Of a DNA stretch of 64,000 bases, positions 11,921-25,019 are shown in pieces. The position numbers were made by a program, and so were the translations under genes. This stretch comes from Felis catus (lineage: Eukaryota): NCBI RefSeq assembly GCF_018350175.1, contig NC_058368.1, positions 170,874,001 through 170,938,000 on the forward strand. Direction: 5' to 3'. The notes under the pieces were generated by a model. It was not told where the DNA came from. It worked only from the letters and a program-made list of their open reading frames with translations, and searched no databases. Within the stretch, counting starts at the first letter, position 1. Every line of letters begins with the position of its first letter.

Positions 11921-14900
11921 GCCTATCATGGCACCCATGCTTTTTTGCGAACATCTGAGAGATTTCCATGACTTTCCTCTACTTAACGTTAAGGTTCTAA
12001 TTCCCAGAGGAAGCTAGGAGAGCTTTGTCTCACAACAGAGCAGATTGTCTCACAACAATAATTGTGCTGTCTGTACAACTTAACACTGAAGTATCCCTAC
12101 AGAACTAAAAATTCCAAATGGCATCATTCCTGAAAAAAATTAATTTAGAATATGAATTGACTTTGTTCAGAGAGGAATTAAAAAAGATTTCTAGCATTTT
12201 GAGCATGTTTTAGAAATTTGATCCTTATATTTAAAATCACGTAAATGACATCTTACACTGATACTTGCTCACATTTAAGTCGGTCTTCAGCTGTTACTTC
12301 AGTAAACTAAGAAGTAACAGAGCCTTTGGTTTTGAATCCTTCAGAATATTCTTAAGTAATTTATAACAACTGGGTTTTCATTCAACCAGTTTTAGTAAAT
12401 AATATGCTTTATTATGTGGCCTTCTATGACAATAACTTGCTCACCAATAGTTCACTGACAGGCAAACAGCCATTTCTTTTATGTAAGGAAACTACTTTCC
12501 AATCCCCATGTTTTTCTGAGGATATTCTGAGAGATATTTCATTTCTTTCAAAAGAGAGGGCCTTGAATAAATGCTTGCTTTTACTTTTCTTACATATTTA
12601 GAAATCCAAGAAGGGCCCTTCTCTTAGTCTATTTCTGTCACAGAGAAATGATTCATTTCACAATATCTGCCTTAAGGGAAGCAGGTAACCCAGATACTGA
12701 GAAATGTAGGTATGCGTGACCTTTGTTGACTTTGAACATCTGTAGCCAAAGGTTACAAATGAGATATTGAGTACAAGACCTATTATCAGCCTATTATTAG
12801 GAATATCTAAACTTCTATCATGATTGTAACTAAATACTATACTGCTTTCTTTAAAGCGCTGCAGTAATTAATCATATGATGTGCCGCTGGGATACACTGG
12901 ACTCAGGAGAAAAGAGATCACTTGCCTGCCACTTCCTCACGGCTCATGTGCAAGATGGAGACTCTACTGGACAGGAGAGGCAAGACATAAAGATTAGGAT
13001 TTCACACTCCCACCTCCCCAGTTTTATTGATTGGTCAGAACTTGAAGGCAGTTGTTAATAGACTTAAAATCATGTTTCTACATTTCTCTCAATAATTGGG
13101 TCACCTGCTTCCCTTAGAAATGAATAGACCAAAGTCAATAGCTAATTTTCCCCTCAGAACCATAAATTAGACAGTAGTACTAGTTTAGGGGATATTAAGC
13201 CTGTATCACAAGCTCACTTTAAGGAAATGATTTGCCAATTTTGAAGCTTCCCAGTAGGCCATCTCAGACACCCATTTTCTCAGTAAACTTTCACTGAGAA
13301 ACAGTTACGTACAGTGAAGGAGTCAGAGATGAATTAAGCCCAGTGCTATATCCTCTGAGAGTGAACTTTTTAGTTGGAGAGAAAAAAACGTGTGCATACA
13401 CAGCCTGTGCCAAATCTAAGCGAGGGATTAAGTCGTCTAGGGATGGCAAGAAGGAAAAGCTCCCGTCTGCCTAGAATGATGATTGAGGAAAGCATGGGAA
13501 CCTAGGCTGGATTTGAAGGTTGGGGACAATCTTTCAAGGGAGGAAGGAGGAAGGGGCCAGGTCTGGCTGAGAAATCTACAGAGTGGAAAAATTCCAGGCA
13601 AAGTGGTGAAGGGGCAATACTGGTATGAAAGGCCAAACTCTGCAGGGAAGTGTCACTAAGTCTGCAGAAAGAGGCTTGGATCTTGTGCAAAATTTAATTA
13701 GAACTTCTCACTCCTTTCTTATTCTGGGTAGATAAGCGTGCAGCATTTCCTCAGAGCATCTAGCCCTCTGTGATCTCCTACATGGAGATTGATCGGCTAA
13801 TTTGGCGCATCCCTAAGTAGAATTAAAAAATCACCCAACTCATCGAAGACGTTTTTTTCAAGTCACTAGTTGAAGCAAAGCCTCTGTCACTAAAAGCAAA
13901 AACTGTGCTGGCTGGGTCTCCACTAACAAAGCAGAGTAGACAATGATGGTGATTTCTGAGAAAGCTTTGCAAAACTCCAGTATCGGAATAACTCTGTGGC
14001 TAGCAAATTGCCTAACTACTCGCCAAAGTTTTGCCAGTAGAGGCCCACGTCAAGGTTCCTTCTGCCACAGTAACCTTCACCTTTAAATGATCAGACCCAA
14101 AAGGGCGATCCCCACAGAGATAGAATCACACCTTAAAGTTTAGACTTCGAGATGACTTGTATAAAAAAGCTTAGTCCCAGACAACGAAATGTGAAATTTT
14201 CAGAACTGCTTTCCTCAAACATCAGGCTGGTCCTGGCAAGGCCTTTCTTCTACCTCTCCCTCCCTTTTGCCTCTTTACACACCCTTCTGTAAATCCCTTT
14301 TTATATCACTCATTGCAGGCAGCATTTTACATCCATCTTCAAGAAACTTACTTTTAAATATTTACCAACTAGAGTTAGACTGCAGTATATACACTTTTAG
14401 TAGCCTTGCCCACTTTGCTGTCTCAGATAATGTCTGTGAGTAGTGAATGGCTGCATTACTTCTCAGGACAAATGAAATGACAAAGGATGGGACAAAGAAG
14501 GGACAAAGGTAGACTGTCATCTGAGTGATAGAAAAGAAGCAAAGACAGATACTGTGAGTATACAGGAAATACAACTTCGCAGTCATTGAGAAAGGAATAC
14601 TTCCTACCAGGGTTTTTCAGGCTTCTGACATGAGCTGGTAGGTCTTTTTTAGTTTGACCTAGAGGAAAAATTTGTATTCCTGGGTTGTTGAACGTTTGCT
14701 AGACTAAAGGGACATAAACTCAGAGCAGCATGGAAGATTAGGTTCATGGAATACCGTTACATACAGGAAAACTACATCTCCAATAGACTGCCAGCCATTA
14801 GCCAAAAACAGGTGCATGTAGGATCTGGGGGACAAAGAAAAAGTATAAATATTTCAGTTTACACAGCCAAGATCACAGGCTATCTTCCCAATGTCTGACT

Positions 14901-15467
14901 GAAAAGTACTGAAAAAGGAGCTGTGAAGATTTCATTTCTAATCTGTCAAAATGGTGCTATTGACTCCTTCATACAGAGATATATTATAATATTTTTTAGG
15001 TAAACATGTAAGCTGACCTAGGCCATAATGTAAATACAGAAGATGTTTGTAGAGAATTCATCCAAATCATGCCCATTTGCTTTTGATTGAGCTACTCTAT
15101 TCTTCAATGGCAGTGACTGACCGGAGTCCCTGCTTCCCACAGATGGGACACAGAGTCCTTGGCTGTCTCAGCTGCCCCAAACCTGGGGCAGACAACATGA
15201 CAGCCATAGACAGCTGTTGCTTCTTGGACTCAGGTTGGATAGCCTGATTAAATGACTAAACATGCTCATTTTTTGGTGTTTCCTGGGAACATAAAAGAAG
15301 AACGTGTGACATGTGGCAAAATGGATGTTGGTAGACTATTGAAATTGACCTCAGTGAGGGCCAATGTTATTTTGTGTTAGTACACCCAGCTGTGTCAGAG
15401 CATGCCAAAAGAAGCATATACCTTACTGCTGCGAAATCTGTAAAGCGATTTGCATGTACAGTATGAT

Positions 15468-15473
15468 AATAAA
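15468..15473 (+). terminator. Candidate distal CAMK4 polyadenylation signal (AATAAA)
   Basis: AATAAA preceded by two TGTA motifs within 30 nt and followed by GT/T-rich sequence (gtttgcattctgtgatttg); the distance fits the ~10 kb last exon I recall for human CAMK4. Confidence 0.5.
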
Positions 15474-17039
15474 TCATCTAAGAGCCCGCCAAAAGTTTGC
15501 ATTCTGTGATTTGAAATGTTGCAATTCATGAGTGACACATGGACATTTTCCTTACATCTGACATAGGGAGTTGAATTATTTTCCCTTTCTCCCAGATAAA
15601 ATTACACTGAGTTTCCTATCATTTTTAAACACTATACAGGGATGTCATGAAAGTCATAAAGTTATTAAAAATTAAAAAGGGACCTAACTAATCATTTAAT
15701 CCAAGAAGCTCATTTTATTAGAGAAGTGACACCTAGGGAGGTAATAACTTATCTGAGGTCAAGTTGGTGGCTAGGACGAGAACAGATCTGGGTTGTCCAT
15801 CTCCTGGCTCAGTGCTCCCACCGCTGGGAAGTCAATTCACTGGATAAAAGTTAAATTAAGTACTTCATAGAAAAACTGATTTTCCATTATAAAAATTTGA
15901 AAATACAGAAAAGGAGAAAATTACCATAATAACACATTCCAAAGACAGACACGATTGGTTTTACTCTTTACTTTTTTCTCACAGACTTGTAATCATATCG
16001 TAGCTTTTTGGTACCAGCCTATCACTATAGCACAACCATTTCTACATAGGCTTCACAAACATTTATGAGAGATGCATAATAATCCAATCTCAAGTCTTTC
16101 TTTTCTCGGTAATACTAAAAGTCTTTTCAGTGTTTGGGGAAATCTATTCTAAGGGAATAATCCTAATGTGGAATTGCTGGGCCACATGATGTTCAGTGGT
16201 TACTTCATGATGGTGCTTTCAAACCTCCAGGACCTGAGAATGAGAGGCAGACACTGCACTTTCACTCTTAAGAAGCTGATTGTTAACAGCATGAGTTGTA
16301 AAAAGAGCTGAAAGCCTTGAGCTTGGCCACTCAGTCAGTGGGCGAGCATTTGTGTGAGATTATCTGTGGGGAAGGGAATCACGTGACAGTGGGGCTAACT
16401 CTCAGAATTGCAGCTTGCTACTACCATTGGGTCCAAAATGCTTGCTTTGTGGCGAAGACACACTTACCCCGAACAGTGACTTCTCAACGGAGGGAAATGC
16501 TAGAGAAAAATAACCTCTCCCATCTGCAAGTCCATTTCCAACCATATGAACATATTTTTATTTCAACCTAGTTTTGCACAACCTCTGGACTACTTCCTTT
16601 CATAAAAAATCAGCTGCCTTGTACTTAAGGGCTGTCACTAAATCAAAACCTAAATAGGAAGGTAAAGCTCCTGAAAAAAAATACTATCCAAATAATGACT
16701 AAAAAGCCTAGTTTAGCACTTTTACACTATGCTTCCAACATTATTTTTACTAGCACACCACACCCCCCTAATTACCTGTGCAGCTGATAACACAGGTAGC
16801 ATGGATCCATCCACCCTCCAACTCCTGGGATACATTTGCAGGTCATGTGTTCCGGCAATTTTCTGTCATCTCATAGCTACAGAAGCCTTCATCCATAGTG
16901 GGCCCTTTGCTCCAGGGGAATAGAATAATATAATTCTCTTATGGGGAATAGAATAACACCTATTATATATTCTGAAAATATTACGGTGTAATAGAAACAG
17001 GTCATTCTTGTTGACACCAGCCATTAACAATCTACAGAT

Positions 17040-17243
17040 GGGGTGCCTGGATGGCTCAGGCAGGTAAGCATCCGACTTCAGCTCAGGTCATGATCTGAGT
17101 TCGTGAGTTTGGGCTCCGCATCAGGCTCTGTGCTGACAGCTCCAAGCCTGAAGCTTGCTTTGGATTCTGTGTCTCCCTCTCTCTCTGCCCCTCCCCTGTT
17201 TGCACTATGTCTCTCTCTCAAAAATAAATAAGCATTAAAAAAA
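17040..17243 (+). mobile_element. SINEC_Fc-type SINE
   Basis: TSD attaacaa(t/c)ctacaga; typical body. Confidence 0.9.
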
Positions 17244-17439
17244 ATTAACAACCTACAGAGGAAGCTCCATTGCTTCTAAGAATAGCTATGTAGTGTCTAT
17301 CATGTAAAAGAGGCCCAGTAAGTTTTTCATGAAGTGAATGACTACTTTGCTATTTTCATTTCTATTTTGGTAGTCTTATCATTTTCCTGCTGACATTTGA
17401 AAGAGCCTTATACACACTTTCCAGAGCTGATCCACTAAG

Positions 17440-17880
17440 AGATGCTATGGTTGGCTATCCAAAGAGTCATTCATCACCATCCCTCTCTTCAAGAGGCTGA
17501 AAATTCTTATGCTTGCCTCCCTAACCATCCTTACAGCTGGAGGGGGGGGGGGGGGGTCATGTGGCAGAGACTACTGGAGAAGAAAGCTAGTGGAGGCTTC
17601 TGGGAAAGCGTTTGCTTCCCTGATAGAAGAGACCAGTGCGTGTTGCCATGCCTTCCCCTGCTTCTTGACTTGAATGCACATATAATTTTCAGGGCTAGTC
17701 AATCACCTTATCATTCGGAGAGAAAGATAAAAACTGTAGAAACTCTGGCCCTGACATCTTTGAGCTGATAAACCCTAAATTACCTATATCCAGATTTTTT
17801 ATTAAATGAGAAAAAACACTGTTTGTTGAAACCATGTCATAGTGATTATTTTCTAGTGCATACTGCCCACAGTATCCATA
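17440..17880 (+). mobile_element. Degenerate MLT1-like (ERVL-MaLR) LTR
   Basis: MLT1-like motifs ggcttctgggaaag...cttccctgata and aaatgagaaaaaacact...gaaacca; heavily diverged. Confidence 0.45.
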
Positions 17881-18346
17881 ATACTTTGTGGTAACATAGA
17901 TCAAGGGTCTGTGTCGTCACTACTTCTGGATTTCTTCAACTTCAAATGAAATTATGACAATTCCTAGCCAAGTTAACACAGTTATTTAAACGTGGGCACA
18001 ACAAACCCTGTGTATATGTTACTGAAATAAGGGAATAACACATTCATCATCATCTTGGCTATATAATAGCAAACCAAAATTCAGCAGTATTTTGGCTAAT
18101 ATTATATGAGACTTTGGTGCGAGATAAGCATGTGAGTTACTAATCTTTATTTTCCAGTTTATATTTTTCTTAAGAGTTTACAAAATTAAATTACATACTT
18201 TAAGTTCAGATACATGAAACTATTTGCCAGTACTTAAGGTTAATACAACTCAGACAGTGTCAATGATTATGAATGTCTAGTAATTTTATTCTGAAATATT
18301 TCATAGCAATTTAAAAATAAATACACAGTTTATATTAAAACATGCT

Positions 18347-18352
18347 TTTATT
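18347..18352 (-). terminator. Candidate main STARD4 polyadenylation signal, within a cluster of minus-strand AATAAA (18146, 18285, 18347, 18429, 18454)
   Basis: TTTATT on + strand; downstream on the - strand is GT/T-rich (aactgtgtatttattttt); ~4 kb after the STARD4 stop codon. Confidence 0.5.
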
Positions 18353-19697
18353 AAAGGTTCCAGTTTCACATTGGCTCATAAAAGAATTATAAACTTCTTA
18401 AAAAATAAAATCTATATATAGTATAGCTTTTATTGAATTGCAAGAGACAAACTTTTATTTGACTATACATGTAAAATCTTTGGAAACAACAAAATAATGA
18501 ATTATAATTCCAACTTCCTATGTTTCTTCTATGCTCAGATCCCACCACCCCCCACTTCTAGAAGTTGAGTAAGAAAGGCAAGGGAAAAATACAGCAGACA
18601 AGTGATTATACGACACACATTCTGATGGAAACCTGGTCAAGTCCCCTAACTTCTCTGGATTCCATAATTTATCCATTGGGTTGGGATACCTGCAGTATCC
18701 GTGTAAGTAAAAGGATCTGGATTTTAACCACTGATTCTAAGGGTGCTAGTGTGCTCTTGAGTAAACAGATAAAGTTTTTGTTTACATCAAAGGGAATTAC
18801 TCATACCTAAAAGCTCAACAAATAATTAAAGGCTTAAACTGTGCAATGTTTTCCCATCTTCTCCAGAGGCAACCTCAGTTACAGAGGATTTTGTCTGAGA
18901 TGTTAATTTAATTCAATCTGAGTACTGATACTTTGTCCTTCAGTTAATAAAGAAAGAGGGAGGAGGGGGAAAAAGAAAATTATTTTTACTGGGAGATAAT
19001 CTTACATGTAGAAATCTACAATTTCAAATACATCCAACATCAGTCAACAGTAAAATGAAGAGATTTTTAACATTTACAATCTCTCTTTAACACTCTAGCA
19101 GTTCATATTATACATAACTGCAACCAGTAAATTCCTGCAATTATTTTTGCTAAGTATTGTGTTAAACTCCAAGGGTTAATCAAGAGTTAGTTATCAATGC
19201 AAACTAATACTTCATGCAAAAGTATCAGTTATGATAAATTATTTTTTTGTATGAAACTAATGTCCTTAAAAAAGTAGGTAACAAGTACTGAAAACAGTAC
19301 TATGCCAAGTATTCCCTGTGTAAATGTGTTTCTAATACAAACTAGCTATAAGCTAGAGAAAAATAATCAACCACCTAACAAGGCAGATTATATTTTTTGT
19401 TTCATTAACTGCCCTACGAAAATTAATTATATTTAAAGGAAAACTTTTTGGCTATAATTGTTATATTTTTAACAACTACAAACTGATTTATTTCTAATGT
19501 TCAGAAGTCCCCATTTAGCAAGCATCGAAGGCTCCAGAGATTAGAAAACATTTTGTATTTAAGAGAGCCAATTCCATGAAATTCATTACTTCATATTATA
19601 AAAACACAAATTAATACATATACTAGAGAACTGTGCTATTAAATACAGGCCACTGGCCCAATGTTGATAATGCACACTTAAAATGTGGCTAATCCAA

Positions 19698-19903
19698 GGA
19701 GCACCTAGGTGGCTCAGTCAGTTAAGCGTCTGACTTCAGGTCAGGCCATGATCTCACGATCTGTGAGTTTGAGCCCCGCATCGGGCTCTGTGCTGACAGC
19801 TCAGAACCTGGAGCTTGCTTTGGATTCTATATCTCCCTCTTTCTCTACCCCTCCCCGCTCCCCTCTTAAAAATAAATAAAGATTTAAAAAAAAATTTTTT
19901 TTT
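19698..19903 (+). mobile_element. SINEC_Fc-type SINE inserted into a MER3/MER33-like element in the STARD4 3' UTR
   Basis: TSD aatgtggctaatccaag on both sides; flanks resemble hAT-Charlie MER3/33. Confidence 0.85.
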
Positions 19904-20359
19904 AATGTGGCTAATCCAAGTAAGTAAAATACACACGAGATTTCAAAGAATTGGTAAGAAAGAAGAATGTAATCTATCTTATTGAGTTTTCACACTGATT
20001 ATTTGTTGAAATGATGTTTGGGATCTACTGAGGTAAATAAATTGCATTATTAAAATTAACTTCAGCTGTTTCTTATCTTTTTCATGTGGCCACTGGAAAA
20101 TTTTAAATTATATATACGGCTCACATTAGTTTTCCATTCTTCTACAGCACTGTACAGAAAGAGCAGACTCAATTATATGTTAATAGTAATCCCAACCCAT
20201 ATCATTAAATTTTTGTATAATTATGGTATTTCAGATAACATATTTAAAACATTACCACGAGGTACCTGAACTTAGAATCTACTCTTAAAAACAAAACCAA
20301 ATAAAACCTGCTGTAATCTTTCTCATCCCCTATATGCTGGCAACTATGCTAAACTTTGG

Positions 20360-20543
20360 TTAGATATGAGTCTGCAAACAGGCAAAGGGATCTTTTTGGT
20401 TGATGGAAATGTTCTAAAGCTGGATTGTGGTGATGGCTGCACAATTATAGATGTATTCAAAAATTACTGGATTGTATATTTACAACCAGTAAGTTGTATA
20501 GCATGTAAATTATATTTCAATAAGGCTGTAAAAAAAAAAAAAA
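20360..20543 (+). mobile_element. Old L1M 3'-end fragment
   Basis: gatggaaatgttctaaagctggattgtggtgatggctgcacaatt...tcaataaggctg followed by an A run. Confidence 0.7.
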
Positions 20544-20816
20544 GAAGTACAGCTAGAATGTAGCAGATATAAAGTGCCATCTAGAAGCTGCATATACATT
20601 TCAGGTCATTCAAATACTATTTCTCAAACTATCATATGACTCAGTATTGCAATAAAAATGTTTCCATGAGTGTCCTTTTATGTGCAATGGGTCCAATTCA
20701 ACAGTGGATTATGTAATCACTAATTGGAGGTATAAGTTGAAAAGGACAAAGAGAACATTAGAGTTGCTGAGTGGACAGTTTATTTGCTTTGGGGGTACCC
20801 AGTTCAGACAATCTTA

Positions 20817-20890
20817 TCACAAGTCCCTCACACAATCTGGGCACCCTGTAATTGGACATCTGCTGGTATTTTGCCATCCTAGACAGAACA
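20817..20890 (-). CDS. STARD4: Candidate alternative last coding exon of STARD4 (VFCLGWQNTSRCPITGCPDCVRDL*)
   Basis: Acceptor tatattccag| after a long pyrimidine tract; phase-1 joining from exon 5 gives a 24-aa tail ending in TGA at 20819-20817. No transcript evidence available here. Confidence 0.45.
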
Positions 20891-20906
20891 CTGGAATATA
20901 TTAATC

Positions 20907-21064
20907 AAAAAGGAGAAAAAGGAGAAGGAGAATAGGAAGGGGAGGAAGGGGAGGAAGGGGAGGAAGGAGGGAGAGGTGGAGGAGGAGTAGGAGAAGGAAG
21001 AGAAAAAAAGAGGAGGAGGAGGAGGGAGAGGGGGAAGGGAGGAGGAGGAGAAGGAGAAACAAAA
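20907..21064 (+). repeat. Polypurine (GGA/GGAA-rich) low-complexity tract
   Basis: ~155 nt almost entirely A/G; reads as polypyrimidine in STARD4 RNA. Confidence 0.95.
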
Positions 21065-22390
21065 TGATGGAAACAGTAATAGTACCACATAAAGAACTCA
21101 CACTGAACACGAAGATAGATTTCAGAACGTGTGCCCGTACACGAACATAAATACACACATCTTCATGGCTACACTGAATGAGTTGCCTCAAGATCTCATT
21201 TTAAAAGTAAACCAGGTGGTTAGTTCAAAAGCCAAAGAATCATTTGGAATGTTAAAATTATTCAGGAATGTTCATTTAAGGCAGCCCTAGACTCAAGGGA
21301 CCTATTTTCATCCATGCTAGTTATAAAATGACTCATCCAGGCATGTGGATAAATCTATGAATGCATTTGTTAAAGTTCCAGATGAAGATCTGTCACAATG
21401 TTTATGATGTAGTCAGTAATACTTTATGAGGTGAGTGACACTTTGAAACATGAACATGGGTCAAATGAGAAAGGCATTGAAAATCTCATTATTTTCCTAA
21501 AGAATATCAGATACTTCTCAGAATTAAAGCTATTTCTTGAGGGCTTATCTTTAAAAAAATGAAACATGAAGAAAACATTCATTGAATTTGACTTTATAGA
21601 CAGATAATTTTCTGTTGGTAAATAGAGGATACCCCCAACCCTTTCACACAACCCAATCAATGTGGTGTCCCCAACACACATTTGGCAGTTTTGTACTGTC
21701 TTACCCATGCATAAATGCTTTTTAAGACTTCCAAAATAAACTCACAGAAAGACACAAATACATTTTTAAAGATATCCACAAAATAATGTTATCTAGAATT
21801 GTATTTGAATTGTATTTATAGTTATTTTTATTTCTGATTTTTTCAATACTTATAAAGTAGTGCAAGTCAACTGACAATGAAAATCACCTTTACAAAATAT
21901 AAAGAGCTTTTTTCTTTAGTCCAAGATATTGACAAACTCATACAGCATACCAAAGTAAAACACTAATATTTAACTTCCAGAAAAAGTTAAAACTTGTAAA
22001 ATGTTCATAAACCTCTAAAATAGATGATTTTAACTAACAGCATGAAGCTTATGCTTTCTCTAATTTCCAAGCAGGCAAAATATTCATACTGAGTCACTAC
22101 TCAGTTTCTAAAGAGTTTAGGTCAAAGAATAATACCTACTTCTTAATGGATCTCTGTCATACTCTCCGTGCTCAGACACCCTGCTGTACCAAACACTGTG
22201 CAAATAACTATTTAAGAAAACTGAAATGCCCTCTCTTAGATAAGTATTTAGTTTGGGAATAAAATAAACCAACAAATCATCTCAAATGTTTCCACAGGCT
22301 ACATGGAGGAGAGGAAAGGATGATTTTTACAGGCCACGCAGCTGAGAGCAAGTTGACCCTGGGGTCTACTGTACTACAAGTTTAAACATA

Positions 22391-22620
22391 TTATGCCTTT
22401 TGTAAGGCTTTTTGTAAATCACCATAGAAGTTGATTAAAGTGCTTGCCATGGCTGTGTTGACTGCAGACTGCGGAATCATCCCACGCAGATCCGTCTGAA
22501 TATAGCCTGTCAAAAGACTCTGGTGAGGATTGTCTTTAAGCGGAACACAAAACCAACCACAGGGATGGTTATATCCACGAATAAATTCTGGTCTCTTTTC
22601 ACTCCAATCAAGACTTACCC
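22391..22620 (-). CDS. STARD4: STARD4 last coding exon (exon 6)
   Basis: Acceptor ttccttgtag|. Translates (G)[78 protein letters not shown] at 22393-22391. Confidence 0.96.
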
Positions 22621-23522
22621 CTACAAGGAAATTTTAAATTAACACTTAGCAGTGACTGAGATTAGTCTAAAACTCTCATTAAAAATTATCATCAGATATC
22701 TCGTTTAACTATTTTTCTTCTTATCCATGTAGATGAAAAACTGAGCCCTAAGAGTAACCATGGAAGAATGAAAAAGATAATTACCAACTAGAATTCTGGC
22801 AGGGGGCTGGTAAGTAGGTAATGGGGAAAGTTCTAGTCACGTCAGAATAGGTTATATTATGTCATCCTGGTAACTCCTTGGAAACTATGAATCGTGGCTG
22901 TAGCATCCAGGCTTCAAGGTACCAAAAATCAAAACTATGGTACCACCACTACTCCCTAAAGGCACTACCACATCCAACTTTGGTACTGGCTGGTTAAGAG
23001 TGAACAAGGAGATACTTACCTACAACTGCTAACTCAAGTATATACTACACATAAAAAAAGATCAATTTACCTATAGATCTATTTCAGAAAGCAGGAGCCT
23101 TCTAAGAGCAGTATTTTTAATTTTTAGAAGACAACTATTACACAGCTCAAGGAAAGAAAAACGCTCTAACACATACCAAGTCTATTCTTTCTATGTATAT
23201 GACTAAGAAGTTGTTTTCAGAGAGTGACTTAAAAGGAAATCTATTTACTATATCCCTTTCTCATAGGCAGTCATTTAACTCATATTTGTCAGCCATAACG
23301 TGGAAGCTACCATGTAACTGAGAAAAAAAAACTTACCAGAAAGATTCCCAAACCCTACTTGATATTGTTATTTTACTTCCTAGGGTGTTTGCAAAGCTTA
23401 AAGTGATTACAAAATAAGTGTGAAGGCTGAAAATACATCTCACGTAGAACGAAACATCCAGCCTAGAAAACTCAAATATTTAAAACAAATGAAAAGAAAG
23501 TATAAGGTTTTGATATAATTAC

Positions 23523-23637
23523 CACAGGATAGAAGCCCTTCTTCATAGCCCACAGTGTAGGAGAAATCAACAAACTCTCTTGGGGAAATTATATTCCAAA
23601 GCTGGCCAGCAGTAGTATAACGCATCACACAGCAATT
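23523..23637 (-). CDS. STARD4: STARD4 exon 5
   Basis: ccctttcag| ... |gtaatt; 115 nt; [38 protein letters not shown], containing the START-domain PREFVD motif. Confidence 0.97.
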
Positions 23638-24472
23638 CTGAAAGGGAACAGGTAAGAGGTATTACTAAGGAAATATATATTGACTCATGTATCACTAATT
23701 AATCTTTAGTAAAAAACTGATACTCATTTAAAATGTATTATAATTATTATTGATAACAATTCTTACAGTGATTCTTACAGGTTTAGATCTCTATTCTAAA
23801 TATCACTGCTACTGTATGTTTGTGAATAAGATATATGATCAAAACACAAAGAGTTAAGCTGCCCAGTATCCACATCTCTAATTCAATACAGTGGCCTTTT
23901 ATCCTATATGATATTCAACATGGAAATAGATGGTGTAGACTACAGGTGTTTAAAATAAAATCCACAAATCCTTGGACTAAAACACCAAATAGTTCAATAA
24001 AGAAATTCAAACATGGCAAGAATGAATTAATAAAAATAGAAAAAGAAGACAACCCACTTTGGGTTCATAATTCTCTAATGCCTAAGGTGGCATTTTTATC
24101 TTTGGTCTTTAATTTTGGCTTAATATTAATGGAAAAACATATAATTACCTAGAAACCTGAATACGATGGTGGTGTTTTCAGAATTTTAGATTTCAAAGCC
24201 TCATTAAAGATGCTGACAATTTTCTTAAGCAGCAAGGGTAGAGCTATTGTGGAAAACAAATTCAGTTCTGACGAATACTCATTAGTTAATATGAGGAAAC
24301 TCAAGCTTTTTAAAAGGCATCAAGGATTCCCCTATGAGATCTTTGCCGTGACTACCTACTCTCAAAGCAATGAATACGTGTATGTATACATGCTCATGCT
24401 TACATGCTCGCTCTCTCTGCCTCTCTCTCACAAACACACACACAATCTGAAGTAATGTTTCTAAATAAATAC

Positions 24473-24599
24473 CTCTTCAAAGTGTTCCAAAATATCCATT
24501 GAAGTCATTAAGCTGTCCCAATCCAAGCGACAGGGACCGGGGCGTATATGGTCTATTACACTATTGACGATGTCATCTATAACACCTTGGGCTTTGAAA
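24473..24599 (-). CDS. STARD4: STARD4 exon 4
   Basis: ttttctccag| ... |gtattt; 127 nt; [42 protein letters not shown]. Confidence 0.97.
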
Positions 24600-25019
24600 C
24601 TGGAGAAAAAATATTAAAGTCAAATGCTATTAGAATGAAAAATCTCAGCATGCCCACATCGTTCAGAGCTAACTTCAAAAAGAGTACAAGTTAACAAAGA
24701 TTTTTTAAAGGGAGTAAATCCCAACTGTTTTTCTGATAAATGTAGTGATGTCAATTATTTTATCAGACTGTACTGTTTGCCCTCAAATCTGATAAGATAT
24801 GCATGGCAAATTATGTTGTCATAAACATAGTAAAGTACCTTCACGTTACGGGATAGCTGAAAACGGTTGGCAGAATGCTAATGCTTCATTTATTTTGTAT
24901 GCTGTTCTTTTTTCAGTTATGCTCTAACATGTTATTAGTATACATATATTTTTGCTCTTTCAAAAACTTTTTTATGACAAGAAAAGAAAAACAGGTCACC
25001 CAGGAAGAGAACACCGAGG

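Noticed and set aside
20879..21191. Pro/Ser/Leu-rich minus-strand ORFs
   Set aside because: Translations of the polypurine/polypyrimidine tract.
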